Assembly (NCBI GenBank): GCA_963823035.1
Contig: CAWGKG010000012.1
Span: 64,001-128,000 of the forward strand
Length of the DNA stretch: 64,000 nt
Reading direction: 5' to 3'
Origin: an uncultured Gemmatimonadales bacterium
GTDB lineage: Bacteria > Gemmatimonadota > Gemmatimonadetes > Longimicrobiales > Gaopeijiaceae
In this document: one piece after another, positions 34,570-46,706 of the stretch
Numbering within the stretch: position 1 is the first letter of the stretch
How the letters are laid out: each line of letters opens with the position of its first letter
The notes under the pieces: model-generated
Seen by the model: the letters and a program-made list of their open reading frames with translations, nothing else
The model's database searches: none
What the model was told of the DNA's origin: nothing
Translations under genes and position numbers: made by a program

Positions 34570-34704
34570 GATCCCTGCTCCCTGTCGCGTGACGTGCGGA
34601 GCGTGGAGCCTTCGCGCGGCGGCGGCAAGACGCGCTTTGCGCGATTGAAGTCGGGCACCGCGTTCTGCTCCAATCGACAAAAGCCGACAACCGGGAGTGA
34701 CACC

Positions 34705-35801
34705 ATGAAGGCCGCCGTGCTGCGCGAGGTGAACAAGCCGCTCTCGATCGAAGACCGTCTCGATCTCCAAGCCCGAAGTCGCACGAGGTGCTGGTGCGGA
34801 CCACGGCCTGCGGCGTCTGCCACAGCGACCTGCACTACATCGAGGGCAAGTACGCGGCACCGATGCCGACGATCCTGGGCCACGAGGCCGCCGGCGTCGT
34901 CGAGGCGGTCGGCTCCGAGGTGAGCTACGTCAAGCCGGGCGACCACGTCATCACCTGCCTGTCGGTCTTCTGCGGCCATTGCGAATACTGCACCACCGGG
35001 CCGGCCGTTCTGCTGCCAGAACCCGGAGGTCGCGCGCGCCGAGGGCGACGAGCCGCGCCTGGCTCAGCCCAGAACGGCGGCGACCATGCACCAGTTCTAC
35101 AGCCTGTCGGCCTTCGCCGAGCAGATGCTGATCCACGAGCATGCCCTGGTGAAGATCCGCGAGGACATGCCGTTCGACCGCGCGGCGCTGATCGGCTGCG
35201 GCGTCACCACCGGCTTCGGCGCGGTCATCAACACCGCCAAGGTCGAGGTCGGCTCCACGGTGGCGGTGATCGGCTGCGGCGGCATCGGCCTTTCGGCGAT
35301 CAACGGCGCGGCGATCGCCGGCGCCGGCCGCATCATCGCGGTCGACATCAAGGGTTCGAAGCTGAACCTGGCCAAGCACTTCGGCGCGACCGACGTGGTC
35401 AACGCCGCCGAGGTCGATCCGGTCGAGGCGGTGCGCGAGATGACCGGCGGCGGCGTCGAGTATTCCTTCGAGGCGCTCGGCCTGAAGGCGACCAGCCGAG
35501 CAGGCCTTCCGCATGCTGCGCCGCTCCGGCACGGCGACCATCATCGGCATGGTGCCCGAGGGCCAGATGATCGAAGTTCACGGCGCCGACCTGCTCGACG
35601 ACAAGGTGCTGCAGGGCTCCAACATGGGCTCGAACCACTTCCGCGTCGACATGCCGCGCTACGTCGACTTCTACCTCAACGGCAAGCTGCAAGCTCGACG
35701 ACATGATCAGCCGCCGCATGCCAATCGAGAAGATCAACGAGGCCTTCGACGAGATGAAGGGCGGCGAGGTGGCGCGCAGCGTCATCGTCTTCGACGCGTG
35801 A
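34705..35801 (+). CDS. Zn-dependent alcohol dehydrogenase (frameshifted)
   Basis: CGVCHSDLH, LGHEAAGVV, FCGHCEYC, LIGCGVTTG, VIGCGGIG. Confidence 0.93.
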
Positions 35802-35821
35802 CGGGCCGCAACCACAACATG

Positions 35822-35979
35822 ATCCCCTCCCCCCAGCGAGGGGCAGGCTCTTCCCCGGACTTGATCCGGGGGCCAGGGAGGGGGGACCGCGGAGCAGTTC
35901 CCTTGCCTGCGGTGCGGCGAAGCGGCTGACGCCGCTCACCCCCCATCCCAACCTTCCCCCGCAAGGGAGGAAGGGGAAG
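35822..35979. repeat. REP-like palindromic cluster
   Basis: CCCCTCCCC..GGGAGGGGG frame with a nested CCCCGGACTTGATCCGGGG hairpin, then CCTTCCCCC-GCAA-GGGAGGAAGG. Confidence 0.7.
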
Positions 35980-35984
35980 CTTCC

Positions 35985-36516
35985 ATGACCGGCGAGCGGA
36001 TCGCGATCATCGGCAACGCGGGCGGCGGCAAGTCGACCCTGGCGCGGCGCATGGCGGCAGGCGCGCGACCTGCCGCTGACCGAGGTCGACAAGCTGCTGT
36101 GGCGGCCCGGCTGGGAGGTCACGCCCGAGGACGAATACGACGCACTGCACGGGCCGCTGATCGCCGGCGAAACGCTGGATCATCGAGGGCATGGGCCACC
36201 TGCACTCGATGCGCGACCGCGCCTGCTGCGCGCGACCTGGATCATCGTCATCGACATGCCGATCTGGATGCACTTCTGGCTCGCCGCCGAGCGCCAGATC
36301 GACCAGGGACCGGCCGAGCTCGAGCATCCGCTCGCCGGCCTCGACGAGCTGATCCCGACCGAGGACATGTTCGAGACCCTGTGGGAGACCGAGCAGGACT
36401 GGATGCCGACCATCCGCGCCAACATCGACGAGGCCGAGGCGGCCGGCATCGAGGTCACACGGCTCGCCAGCGTGGAAGAGATCGACGCCTTCGCAACAGC
36501 ACAGGCGCCAGGCTAG
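35985..36516 (+). CDS. Adenylate-kinase-like / FlaR-like P-loop protein (frameshifted)
   Basis: IAIIGNAGGGKSTLARR, DKLLWRPGW, WIIEG. Confidence 0.8.
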
Positions 36517-37946
36517 AGGGTCGGCCGCCGCTCCGGCCTGTCAAGCCAGGGACGTACGGCCTCCAGCGCCGCGCCGAGGCGAAAGACGCGTGCATCGTCG
36601 TACTGGCGCGCAACGATCTGGATGCCCGTCGGCAGGCCGTCGTCGGCCAGACCGCTGGGAACCGAAAGCACCGGGCAACGCCCCATCATGTTGAACGGAT
36701 GGGCCAGCGACCAGCCATAGAGCACGTCGACCGAACGGCCATTGACGATCACGGGCTGGTCGGGCTGGTGGTCGGCCGGTATATGGTGACTGCCGAGCGC
36801 AGGGCAGACGAACACGTGGTGCTGGTCGAGCACGCGGCCGAGCCTGCGACCCCAGCGCATCTGCACGTCGTAGGCATGCATGAAGGCCGCGACGCCAACC
36901 TTGCGGTGCTGATCGGCACAGTAGGTCGCCCAGCCGCTCGCCTTGGAGGGATCGGAGTCGACCCAGGCGGCGATCATACCGTTGAACAGGTGGTCGAGAT
37001 AATTCTGCGCCGCCCGGTCCGCCTCCTCGTCCCAGCCGACCTCGACCTCGTCCACGGTCGCCCCGAGGTCGCGCAGCGCGTCAAGCGCCGCCAGCGTGTT
37101 GCGACGCACACCCTCCTCGATCTCGAAGAAGCCGAGATCGATGGAATAAGCGATCTTCCAACCTTCGATGCCGGCCGGCTCCAGCGGCAGGCGATAGCGG
37201 GGCCTGAGCGAGGCGTTGTCGAGCGGGTGCGGGCCGCACATCACGTTCTGCATTAACGCGGCGTCGGCAACCGTGCGCGCCATGGGTCCGAGCGCCGCAT
37301 AGGCATCGTAGGCGAAGGCCGTGTTGTCGGGATTGCGACCGTGGGGAGGCTTGAAACCGACCACGCCGCATGCCGCGGCCGGGATACGGATCGAACCGCC
37401 GATATCCGAGCCCGTGGCGAGCGGTGTCGTACCCGCCGCCAATGCCGCACCGGCCCCGCCTGACGAACCGCCGGCCGTAAAGGCTGGGTTCCATGGCGTG
37501 CCCGTCACCCCGTGGAGACGCGAGTTGCATACGCCGGCGCAGGAAAACTCCGGCGCGTTGGTCCGCGCGTGCACGATGGCCCCGGCGCGCAGCAGCCGCT
37601 CGACCGAAAAGTGCGTCTCCGTGCCGACCCTGCCTTCGAGATAGAGCGAGCCGTTGTCGGTGACCTTGCCCTTCAAGTCCATCTCGTTCTTGACCGCGAT
37701 CGGCAGGCCCTCGAGCGCGCGCAGCCGGTGGCCGGTCTTGGCGTAGCGCGCCTCAGAGCGCCGCGCGGCGGCCCGCGCCTCGTCGTAATAGGTGAAGGCA
37801 AAGGCATTGATGGCAGGCTCGACGCGTTCGGCGCGCGCGATCACCGCATCCAGCAGTTCGACGGGCGAGAGCCGACGCGCGCGAAATAGGGCAAGCGCCT
37901 CGACGGCCGGCAGATAGCAGAGCTCGTCATCGGTCGGTGTCGTCAT
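36513..37946 (-). CDS. Amidase signature family enzyme
   Basis: LEGLPIAVK, GGSSGGAGAALA, GSDIGGSIRIPA; intact. Confidence 0.94.
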   Translation of the reverse strand: MTTPTDDELCYLPAVEALALFRARRLSPVELLDAVIARAERVEPAINAFAFTYYDEARAAARRSEARYAKTGHRLRALEGLPIAVKNEMDLKGKVTDNGSLYLEGRVGTETHFSVERLLRAGAIVHARTNAPEFSCAGVCNSRLHGVTGTPWNPAFTAGGSSGGAGAALAAGTTPLATGSDIGGSIRIPAAACGVVGFKPPHGRNPDNTAFAYDAYAALGPMARTVADAALMQNVMCGPHPLDNASLRPRYRLPLEPAGIEGWKIAYSIDLGFFEIEEGVRRNTLAALDALRDLGATVDEVEVGWDEEADRAAQNYLDHLFNGMIAAWVDSDPSKASGWATYCADQHRKVGVAAFMHAYDVQMRWGRRLGRVLDQHHVFVCPALGSHHIPADHQPDQPVIVNGRSVDVLYGWSLAHPFNMMGRCPVLSVPSGLADDGLPTGIQIVARQYDDARVFRLGAALEAVRPWLDRPERRPTL

Positions 37947-38631
37947 GGTCCTCCACGTCGTCTTGTCGATCTACCCCGCACGCGCGAAGCAACTCCGCGA
38001 CATCGGACTCGAGCTGGCGGCGATGGTCGGCCAGCGTGACCTCCTCCCGGCGCATCAGCTCCATGAAGAGATCGACCCAGTGATCGTAAAGAAATGCCGC
38101 GAGCGCCTTCGTGCCAAACGACGGCGGCAACAGTCCAACGTCGACCATGCGGCGCAGGCGACGTCGCATCTCGGCTCGCACGACCTCCGCGCTGGCGTCG
38201 TAGGCCTGGATCACGGGCGACGACGGACTGGAGAGGCGCGCCGCCTCGACGTTGCGCCAGAACGCCCTGTCGAAGTGGTTCAGCGAGGACTCCGTGATGC
38301 TGACGTAGAGAGCGGCCACCTGACGCGCCGGATCGGTCTCGGGATCGGCCTCGAAGGTGGCGGAGCCCCTCAACCAGTCTTCCTGCTCGCTGACGATCAG
38401 AGCGACCAGCAGGTCGTCCTTGGAGGCGAAGTAGTTGAAGACGGTCGCCGGGGAGACGTCGGAGGCGGCGGCCACATCCGCGATCGTGGTGCCGTCGATG
38501 CCCCGTTCGTGCACCAGTCGCGCAGCACTCGCCAAGATACGCTGCCGTCGTGCCTGCTTCTGGCGCTCGCGAAGGCCGGAACCGCCGGGGGTCGACGCAC
38601 CCTTGGCGCTGCTCGTGGGCTTGGTTACCAT
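37927..38631 (-). CDS. TetR/AcrR family regulator
   Basis: GLRERQKQARRQRIL..TTIADVAAASDVSPATVFNYFASKDDL. Confidence 0.92.
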   Translation of the reverse strand: MVTKPTSSAKGASTPGGSGLRERQKQARRQRILASAARLVHERGIDGTTIADVAAASDVSPATVFNYFASKDDLLVALIVSEQEDWLRGSATFEADPETDPARQVAALYVSITESSLNHFDRAFWRNVEAARLSSPSSPVIQAYDASAEVVRAEMRRRLRRMVDVGLLPPSFGTKALAAFLYDHWVDLFMELMRREEVTLADHRRQLESDVAELLRACGVDRQDDVEDHDDTDR

Positions 38632-38751
38632 GCGAAACCTATAGCATCTCTAATTTTCGATTGACTCTAGTTTTTTGTCTCATAGGCTCGTCACAGTCCC
38701 GGCGATCAACCGTCAACGCGACCGCCGGATGCCATCACAAGGGAGGCCAGC

Positions 38752-39873
38752 ATGAAAGCCAAGGATATCCTTGCCGCCGTGCGTGACGGACGACTCACTC
38801 GGCGCCAGCTCGCAGCGCTGCTCGGCAGCGTCGGCGTGGGCACCGCGACAATGCGGTTCGCCAGCCGCCCGGCACGGGCCGACGGCGAGCTGCTCTATTT
38901 CGGCTGGGCCGGCTACGAGGACCCGAAGCTGCATGAGGCCTATCTCGCCGAGCATAACGCACCGCCGCAGTTCGCGTTCTGGGCTGACATGGAGGAAGCC
39001 TTCCAGAAGCTCCGCCAGGGTTACGCGCCCGACGTCATGCATCCCTGCAGCGACGTCGTGACCAAGTGGCGCAATGCCAAGCTGGTCGCGCCGATCGACG
39101 AGGCGCGGCTCGACCATCTGCCCGATCTGTTCAAGAGCGTGCTCACGCTTCACGGCACGGTGGTCGACGGCCAGCGCTACTTCGTTCCCTTCGAGTGGGG
39201 CAACTCGACCATCATCTACCGCACAGACCTGCTGGACCCGGCGGACCAGGGCAGCAGCCTCAGCTACAATCTGCTGTTCGACCCCAAGTACAAGGGCCGC
39301 ATCGCCATGTGGGACGAGGGCGTCGCCATCGTCCAGGCGGCCGGCCTGGCGCTCGGCTACGACAACATCTTCTCGCTCTCCAGCGACCAGCTCGTCGAGG
39401 TGCGCAAGCTCATGGAGCGCCAGCGCGACATCGTGCGCTTCTACTGGACCGACAACACCGAGATGGAGCAATCGCTGGCGTCCGGAGAGATCTCGGCGGG
39501 TTGGGGCTGGAACAACTCCTATGCACGCCTTCTCAAGGAGGGCGCCCCGGTGGCCTTCGGCGTGCCCAAGGAGGGCATTCGCACGTGGGTTTGCGGCCTG
39601 ACGATCCACCCCGACACGCCGCACCTGGACGAAGCCTACGACCTGATCAACGCCATGACCGCGCCGGAGTCGGGCGCCTACCTGATCGAGAATTTCGGCT
39701 TCGGCCACAGCAACAGCAAGGCGTTCGCGCAGGTCGATCCGGAGATCCTGGCCGACTACGGGCTGTCGTCGCCCGAGAAGTTCCTGACCGAGGGCGTCAT
39801 GTATGAGCCGATGGAACCCGCCCTGGAGGAGAAGTACTACAGCCTCTTCGAAGAGGTGAAGGCGGGTACCTGA
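38752..39873 (+). CDS. PotD/PotF-type ABC substrate-binding protein with Tat signal
   Basis: LTRRQ signal, GWAGY, VPFEWG, LFDPKYKGRIAM, PKEGIRTWVCG. Confidence 0.9.
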   Translation: MKAKDILAAVRDGRLTRRQLAALLGSVGVGTATMRFASRPARADGELLYFGWAGYEDPKLHEAYLAEHNAPPQFAFWADMEEAFQKLRQGYAPDVMHPCSDVVTKWRNAKLVAPIDEARLDHLPDLFKSVLTLHGTVVDGQRYFVPFEWGNSTIIYRTDLLDPADQGSSLSYNLLFDPKYKGRIAMWDEGVAIVQAAGLALGYDNIFSLSSDQLVEVRKLMERQRDIVRFYWTDNTEMEQSLASGEISAGWGWNNSYARLLKEGAPVAFGVPKEGIRTWVCGLTIHPDTPHLDEAYDLINAMTAPESGAYLIENFGFGHSNSKAFAQVDPEILADYGLSSPEKFLTEGVMYEPMEPALEEKYYSLFEEVKAGT

Positions 39874-39897
39874 CCGCGTTGCCGGGCTGGACAACTC

Positions 39898-41271
39898 CTA
39901 CGCGGGTGCGTCCAGCCCCACCTCTTCCAGCGCCTTTCCCTGGCGCTTCGCCAGCTTCGCCTCGTCGAAGCCGTCGATCAGCTCGTGGAACAGGCGGTGC
40001 CAGTTGACCTCGGCCTCCAGGTGCAGGAAGACGGAGCCCAGGCCGATCGCGGCGCGGTCCATGAAGACGAACTCGCGCGGCACCGTGACGCCGCCCAGCT
40101 CGCGCAGCGCCGCGGTGCACCTTGGCCGCCACCTTGCGCGCCGTACATGCCGCCCTCCGTCCTGGATCGCGCCGCGGGCTGGTCCTCCAGCAGCGGCGCA
40201 TAGATGAACTCGCGCCCACAGGTTCAGCGTGTCGATCACCTCGTTCGAGAGCCCGGTGAAGCCCCAGGTCTCGTAGGCATGGACGGCGAGGTCGCGGTCG
40301 TCGTCGCTCGCAGCGCGTGGTAGAGGTCGATGACGCCCTCGACGAAGCGTCGGCGGGAAGACGCGCACGCAGCCGAAGTCGAGCAGGTTGACGCGCCATG
40401 TCCGGCGCGCACCGTGTAGTTGCCCAGATGCGGGTCGCCGTGGATCACGCCGTAGCCGTAGAACGGCACGTACCAGGCGCGGAACATGGCCATGCGCGAG
40501 CTCGTTGCGCTCCTCCAGCGGCTGCGTCCTTGAACCGCATCAGCGGCTCGCCCGCCATCCAGCCCATGGTCAGCAGCCGCTCGGTCGAGAGCTCCGGCAC
40601 GACCTCCGGCACATGCGACGCCGGCTCCTCGCCCGCCAGCATGATGCGGTAGAGGCGCTGGTGGCGCGGCCTCGCGCTCGTAGTCCAGCTCCTCGCGCAG
40701 CCGCGCGGCGATCTCGTCGTGGATATCGGCTGGGGTCGATCGCCCGGTCGTAGCGGCGGTAGACCGCGAAGATCAGCTTGAGCTGGTGCAGGTCCGCCTC
40801 GACCGCCGACTGCATGTCCGGGTATTGCAGCTTGCAGGCCAGCAGCCGTCCGTCATGGCCGATCGCGCGGTGGACCTGGCCGAGCGAGGCGGCGGCCGCC
40901 GCCTCGTGCTCGAAGCTCTTGAAGCGCTTCTGCCAGTCCGGCCCGAGTTCCGCCGCCATGCGCCGGCGCACGAAGGGCCAGCCCATGGGCGGCGCGTTCG
41001 ACTGCAGCTGCGCCAGCTCGCCGGCATATTCGGCCGGCAGCGCGTCGGGGATGGTGGCGAGCATCTGCGCCACCTTCATCAGCGGGCCCTTGAGCCCGCC
41101 CAGCGCGCCGCGCAGCGTCGGCCGCCGCCTCGGCGCTGTCGGTCTCAAGCCGAGACAGGCGCTCGCCGCCCATGCGCGCGGCGACCCGGCCGACCGAGCG
41201 TGCCGACGCGCGCATAGCGCGACATCCGGCCGGCCAGCCGGTTGGTTTCGCCGCCGTCCGCGCTCGCTCAT
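39898..41271 (-). CDS. ABC1/AarF/UbiB family kinase (frameshifted)
   Basis: LKGPLMKVAQ, AAASLGQVH, CKLQYP, IHGDPHLGNY, PREFVFMDRAA. Confidence 0.92.
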
Positions 41272-41285
41272 GCCGGCTGGGCGTC

Positions 41286-43108
41286 TCAGGCGCGCCGCAT
41301 CCGGCGGCCTCCAGCTCGTCGATGAAGCCCGCGATCACGTCGAGCCCCTTCGACCAGAACGCCGGGTCGGAGGCATCGAGCCCGAAGGGCGCCAGAAGCT
41401 CCTTGTGGCGCTTGCGTGCCGCCCGCCCGCAGCATGTCGAGATAGCGTGTCCTGGAAGCCCGCCTCGGCCTCCTGGTAGATCGGCGTAGAGCGAGTTCAC
41501 CAGGCAATCGCCGAAGGCATAGGCGTAGACGTAGAACGGCGAATGGATGAAGTGCGGGATGTAGGTCCAGAAGATCCGGTAGTCGTCGTCGAAGCGCAGC
41601 GCCGGGCCCAGGCTTTCGCGTCTGCACGTCCATCCAGATCTCGCCGATGCTCGTCGGGCGTCAGCTCGCCCTCGCGCCGCTCGTCGTGGACGCGGCGTCT
41701 CGAACTCGTAGAACGCGATCTGGCGCACCACCGTGTTCAGCATGTCCTCGACCTTGCCGGCCAGGATCGTGCGCCGCCGCGCCGGGTCCTTCTCGGCTGC
41801 TTCAGCAGGCGCGCGGAAGGTCAGCATCTCGCCGAACACCGAGGCGGTCTCGGCCAGGGTCAGCGGCGTGTCGGCCAGCAGATGCGCCCTGGTCGGCCGG
41901 CCAGCACCTGGTGGACGCCGTGGCCCAGCTCGTGCGCCAGCGTCATCACGTCGCGCGTCTTGCCCTGGTAGTTCAGCAGCACGTAGGGATGCGCGCTCGG
42001 CACGGTCGGATGGGCGAAGGCGCCCGACGCCTTGCCGGGCCGCGCCGGCGCGTCGATCCAGCGCCTGGTCGAAGAAGCGCTCGCGCGATCTCGGCCATGC
42101 TCGGGCGAGAACGCGCCATAGGCGTCGAGCACCGTGGCGCTGCGCCTCGTCCCACGGGATCGCGCGGTCGTCGTCCTCGGGCAGCGGCGCGTTGCGGTCC
42201 CAGTAGTCGAGCTTGTCGCCGCCCATCCACTTGCGCCTTCAGCGCGTAGTAGCGGTGCGACAGGCGCGGATAGGCGTCGCGCACCGCGGCGATCAGGGCG
42301 TCGACCACCTCGTCCTCGACCTGGTTGGCGAGGTTGCGCGACGAGATCGGCCGCGCGAAGCTGGCGCCAGCGGTCCTCGATCTCCTTGTCCTTGGCCAGC
42401 GTGTTGGTGATCAGCGCGAACAGCCGCACGTTCGCCCGAAGCACGCGCGCCAGATCTCGCGCGGCGCCGCCTTGCGCTTCGCGCCGTCCGGGTCGGACAG
42501 CAGGTCGAGCGTCTCCGCGCTGGTCAGCTCCTTGCCGTCGACGGCGAAGCGCAGAGCCGGCCATGGTCTCGTCGAACAGCCGGCTCCAGGCCGCGCGCGC
42601 CGGCGACCGACTTCTCGTGCAGCAGCGTCTCCAGCTCGTCGGAGAGCTGGTGCGGCCGGAACGCGCGGACGTCGCGCAGCCAGGGCCGGTAGTGCGCCAG
42701 CTGCGGGCGCCTTCAGCTGGCGCTCCAGCACCGCGTCGTCGATCTGGTTGATCTCGAGCGTGAAGAACAGCGAGTCGGCTGGTGATCGCGTTGACGCGCT
42801 CCTGCATCGTCCTGGTAGAAGCGCGCCGATCTGCGGCATCGCTCATGTTGCCGGCGAACAGCAGCTGGGCATAGCTCATGACCCGGCCCAGGCGTCTCCT
42901 GCATCGCCTCGTAGCTCGGCGATGGCCGCGCCGAGCGCCGCCCCGTCGAGCTCGGCCAGCTTGCCCTTGTAGCGCCGTCGCGGAAGGCCTCGGCCTCGCG
43001 CTCCGGCGCCAGTCGAGATCGCGCTCGAGCGCCGGGTCGTCCGGCCGCGCGTAGAGATCGGCAAGGTCCCATTCGGGCAGGCGCGCCGAGGTCGGCGGCG
43101 TCGGTCAT
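41286..43108 (-). CDS. M3 family oligoendopeptidase F (frameshifted)
   Basis: WDRNAPLP, GAFAHPTVPSAHPYVLLNY, TLAHELGHGVHQ, YIPHFIHSPFYVYAYAFG. Confidence 0.94.
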
Positions 43109-43268
43109 GGCAGCTCCGGCGGATTCGGATCGGGCGGGTCAGCCTCTCCATATGCGGCTAGTCGGCAGACTTCGCCACCGGCGACGTCGGCGCTCCTCGA
43201 TTGCACGCCGGCCTAGCCGCGCTCACTAGGACGGCGAGGCCAGCACCGGCGCATCGCGGGAGCAGACC

Positions 43269-45079
43269 ATGGGCTACGACGACTGGCCGAACCTGCCGGC
43301 CATGTTCTTCGACCAGGCCGAGCGCTGCGGCGACCGGCCCTTCCTGTGGTGCGAAGCGCGACGGCGTCTGACCGGCCGCTGAGCCTGGCGCGAGGTCGCC
43401 GAGGACGTGCGCGCGCTGGCGCGCGGCCTGCGCGCGCTCGGCGTCGAGCCCGGCGACCGCGTCGTGCTGGTCTCCGAGAACCGGCCGGAATGGGTCGATC
43501 GCCGACCTCGCCATCATGGCCGCCGGCGCCATCACCGTGCCGGCCTACACCACCAACACCGTCGACGACCACCGCCACATCCTGACGGACAGCGGCGCCG
43601 AGCTCGCGATCGTCTCGACCGCCGCGCTGGCCGAGCGCGCTGCTGCCGGCCGCGGCGCAGAGCCGGCCGTGCCGCGACGTCGTCACCATGGAGCCGGCCG
43701 AGCCGCGCCAGACGGTCGTCGCGGTCATCGGCTGGGACGACGCTCGAACGGCTCGGCGCCGACGGCGCCGACGAGGTCGACGCCGGGCGCGTCGCGATCG
43801 GCGCGCGCGACGACACTGGCCTGCCTCATCTACACCTCGGGCACCGGCGGCGCTGCCCAAGGGCGTCATGCTGTCGCACCGCGCCATCCTGTCGCAACTG
43901 CACGGGCGCCTATCGACCTGCTCGACAGCTCGGCCTCGGACGATCGAGGCGCTTCCTGTCGTTCCTGCCGCTGTCGCATTCCTACGAGCACACGCGGGCC
44001 AGTTCTTCCCGATCTCGATCGGCGCGGAGATCTACTACGCCGAGGGCGTCGACACCCTGGCCGCCAACATGCTCGAGGCGCGGCCGACGATCATGACCGC
44101 GGTGCCGCGCCTCTACGAGGTCATGCACCAGCGCATCCTGCCGCGGCGTCGAACGCGGGCGAGCCGTCGAAGCAGAAGCTGTTCGACCGCGCCGTGCGAG
44201 CTCGGCCGCAAGCGCTACGACGGCCCGCGCCGCCTCGACCTCGTCGAGCGGCTCCTCGACCGGCTGCTCGACCGGCTGGTGCGCGACAAGGTGCGGGCAG
44301 CGCTTCGGCGGCCGGCTCAAGGCGCTGGTCTCCGGCGGCGCGCCGCTCAACCCGGAGTCGGCGTGTTCTTCACCGCGCTCGGCGTGCGCCTGCTGCAGGG
44401 CTACGGCCAGACCGAGGCGGCGCCGGTGGTCAGCTGCAACCCGCCCGACCGCGATCAAGATGCGACACCGTCGGCCCGCCGCTCCACGGGCGTCGAGGTC
44501 AGGATCGCCGACGACGGCGAGATCCTGGTGCGCGGCGAGCTGGTCATGCAGGGCTACTGGAACAACCCGGAGGCGACCGCCGCAGGCGCTGCGGGACGGC
44601 TGGCTGCACACCGGCGACATCGGCGTGTTCGACGACGACGGCTACCTCCGGATCACCGACCGCAAGAAGGACATCATCGTCAATTCCGGCGGCGACAACG
44701 TCGTCGCCGCAGCGGGTCGAGGGCATCCTCACCCTGGAGCCGGAGATCGCCCAGGCCATGGTCTACGGCGACAAGCGGCCGCTATCTGGTCGCCGCTCAT
44801 CGTGCCCGACGACGGCTTCGTCGCCGCGCTATGCGCGCGAGCACGGCGTCGCCCGCCGACCTCGCGTCACTTTCTCGTGAAAGAAATTTCACGAATGCTG
44901 TCCGCGCCTCGGTGGAGCGTGCTAACCTCCGCCTTGCCGCGATCGAGAAGGTCAAGCGATTCGTCATCGCCAGCGCCCCGTTCGGGGTCGACAACGGCCA
45001 GATGACCCCGACGCTGAAGGTTCGACGTCACGTGGTGCGGGCCGCCTACGACAGCGAATTAGACGCACTCTATAGATAA
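43269..45079 (+). CDS. Long-chain fatty acid-CoA ligase (frameshifted)
   Basis: [62 protein letters not shown]. Confidence 0.92.
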
Positions 45080-45180
45080 TCCGTCCCGAACTGGATCAGT
45101 GAGCCGTCAGGCTTGCGTATTTCTGTTCCGATGTGATACGAAGCGTCAGCTTTGTTCCGGATCGGAACAGGAAAGGTGGC

Positions 45181-46638
45181 ATGGCGCGCACAGTCCTCAT
45201 CGTCGACGACGACCCGATACAGCGGCGGCTCTACAGCGAGATCATCGGCTCGATGGGCTTCCAGGCGTCCACCGCCGAGGATGGCGAGTCGCGCATCGAA
45301 CATGCTGCTGACGTCGACCAGCCCGAACGTCCCGACGCCGTCGCTGCTCGACCTCAACATGCCCGGCGTCGACGGCATGGCCGTGCTGGAGCGCGTCAAC
45401 CCGGCCCTGCCCGAGCCTTCCGATCGTCGTGCTGACCGGCCATGGCGGCGTCGACACGCGGTGCAGCGCGATGCGCGCCGGCGCCGCCGACTTCCTGGTC
45501 AAGCCGGTCTCGCCCGGAGCGGCTCGACGTCACCCTCGACAACGTCATGAAGCTGGGCTCGCTGCGCGGCGAGGTCTCCCGCCTGCAGCGCCAGGCCGAG
45601 GAAGGCATCCCCCGGTCGACATCGTCGGCTCCAGCGCCGGCCTCTGCGCGCCACGATCGACCTTGGCCATGCGCGCCGCCCAGTCGCAGATCCCGGTCTT
45701 GATCGAAGGCGAGAGCGGCGTCGGCAAGGAGCTCTTCGCCCGCTTCATCCAGAGCTGCGGCCCGCGCTCCGGCAAGCCGTTCATCACCGTCAACTGCGGC
45801 GCGATCCCGGAGAACCTGATCGAGAGCCATGCTGTTCGGCCACGAGAAGGGCTCGTTCACCGGCGCCACCGCCAAGCACCTCGGCAAGTTCCAGGAGGCC
45901 AATGGCGGCACGCTGTTTCTCGACGAGATCGGCGAGCTGCGGACCGACATGCAGGTCAAGCTGCTGCGCGCGCTGCAGGAGGGCCAGATCGATCCGGTCG
46001 GCAGCCGCAAGCCGGTCGAGGTCGACGTCCGCCTGATCGCCGCGACCAACCGCGACCTCTTCCAGATGGTCGAGGAGGGCAGCTTCCGCGAAGACCTCTA
46101 TTACCGCATCAACGTGTTCCCGCTCCACGTCCCGCCCCTGCGCGAGCGCAAGCGAGGATATCCCGCTGCTGATCGAACACTTCATCCAGCGTTTCGCCGC
46201 GCTCGGAGCCAAGCAGGTCGTCGGCATCGACGGCGATGCCCGCGCCATGCTGGTCGACTACCCGTGGCCCGGCAACGTGCGCCAGCTCGAAAACGCCGTG
46301 TTCCGCGCGGTCGTGCTGTGCGACGGCGCGATGCCTGCGACCGCCGACTTCCCCCATATCGCGCGCGCCCAGGGCGTGCCGCTGGCCTCCGGCGCCGGCA
46401 ACGCGACCGCGCGCTGCGCCCGGCGGCGCCGGCCAGGCCGACGGCCAGCTGGCGCTGCTCGGCGGCGACGGCGAGATCCGCGCGCTGGCCGACGTCGAGG
46501 CCGACGTCATCCGCTTCGCGCTGGAGCACCACGCCGGCCAGATGTCGAAGGTCGCGCGCCAGCCTCGGCATCGGCCGCTCGACCCTCTACCGCAAGGTCC
46601 GCGAACTCGGCCTCGAGGGCGCGACCACCGACGGCTGA
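45181..46638 (+). CDS. Sigma-54-dependent response regulator, TacA-like (frameshifted)
   Basis: Receiver [68 protein letters not shown]. Confidence 0.9.
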
Positions 46639-46706
46639 GCATCGGCTGTGCTGGCGTTGTCCGTGAGCCGGGGTAGGATCGGCCCGAGCTGCGGGAGTAA
46701 CGCGAG

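Noticed and set aside
32593..34923. 776-aa plus-strand ORF and similar long Arg/Ala/Pro-rich ORFs
   Set aside because: Off-frame or antisense shadows of real genes, typical of GC-rich DNA.
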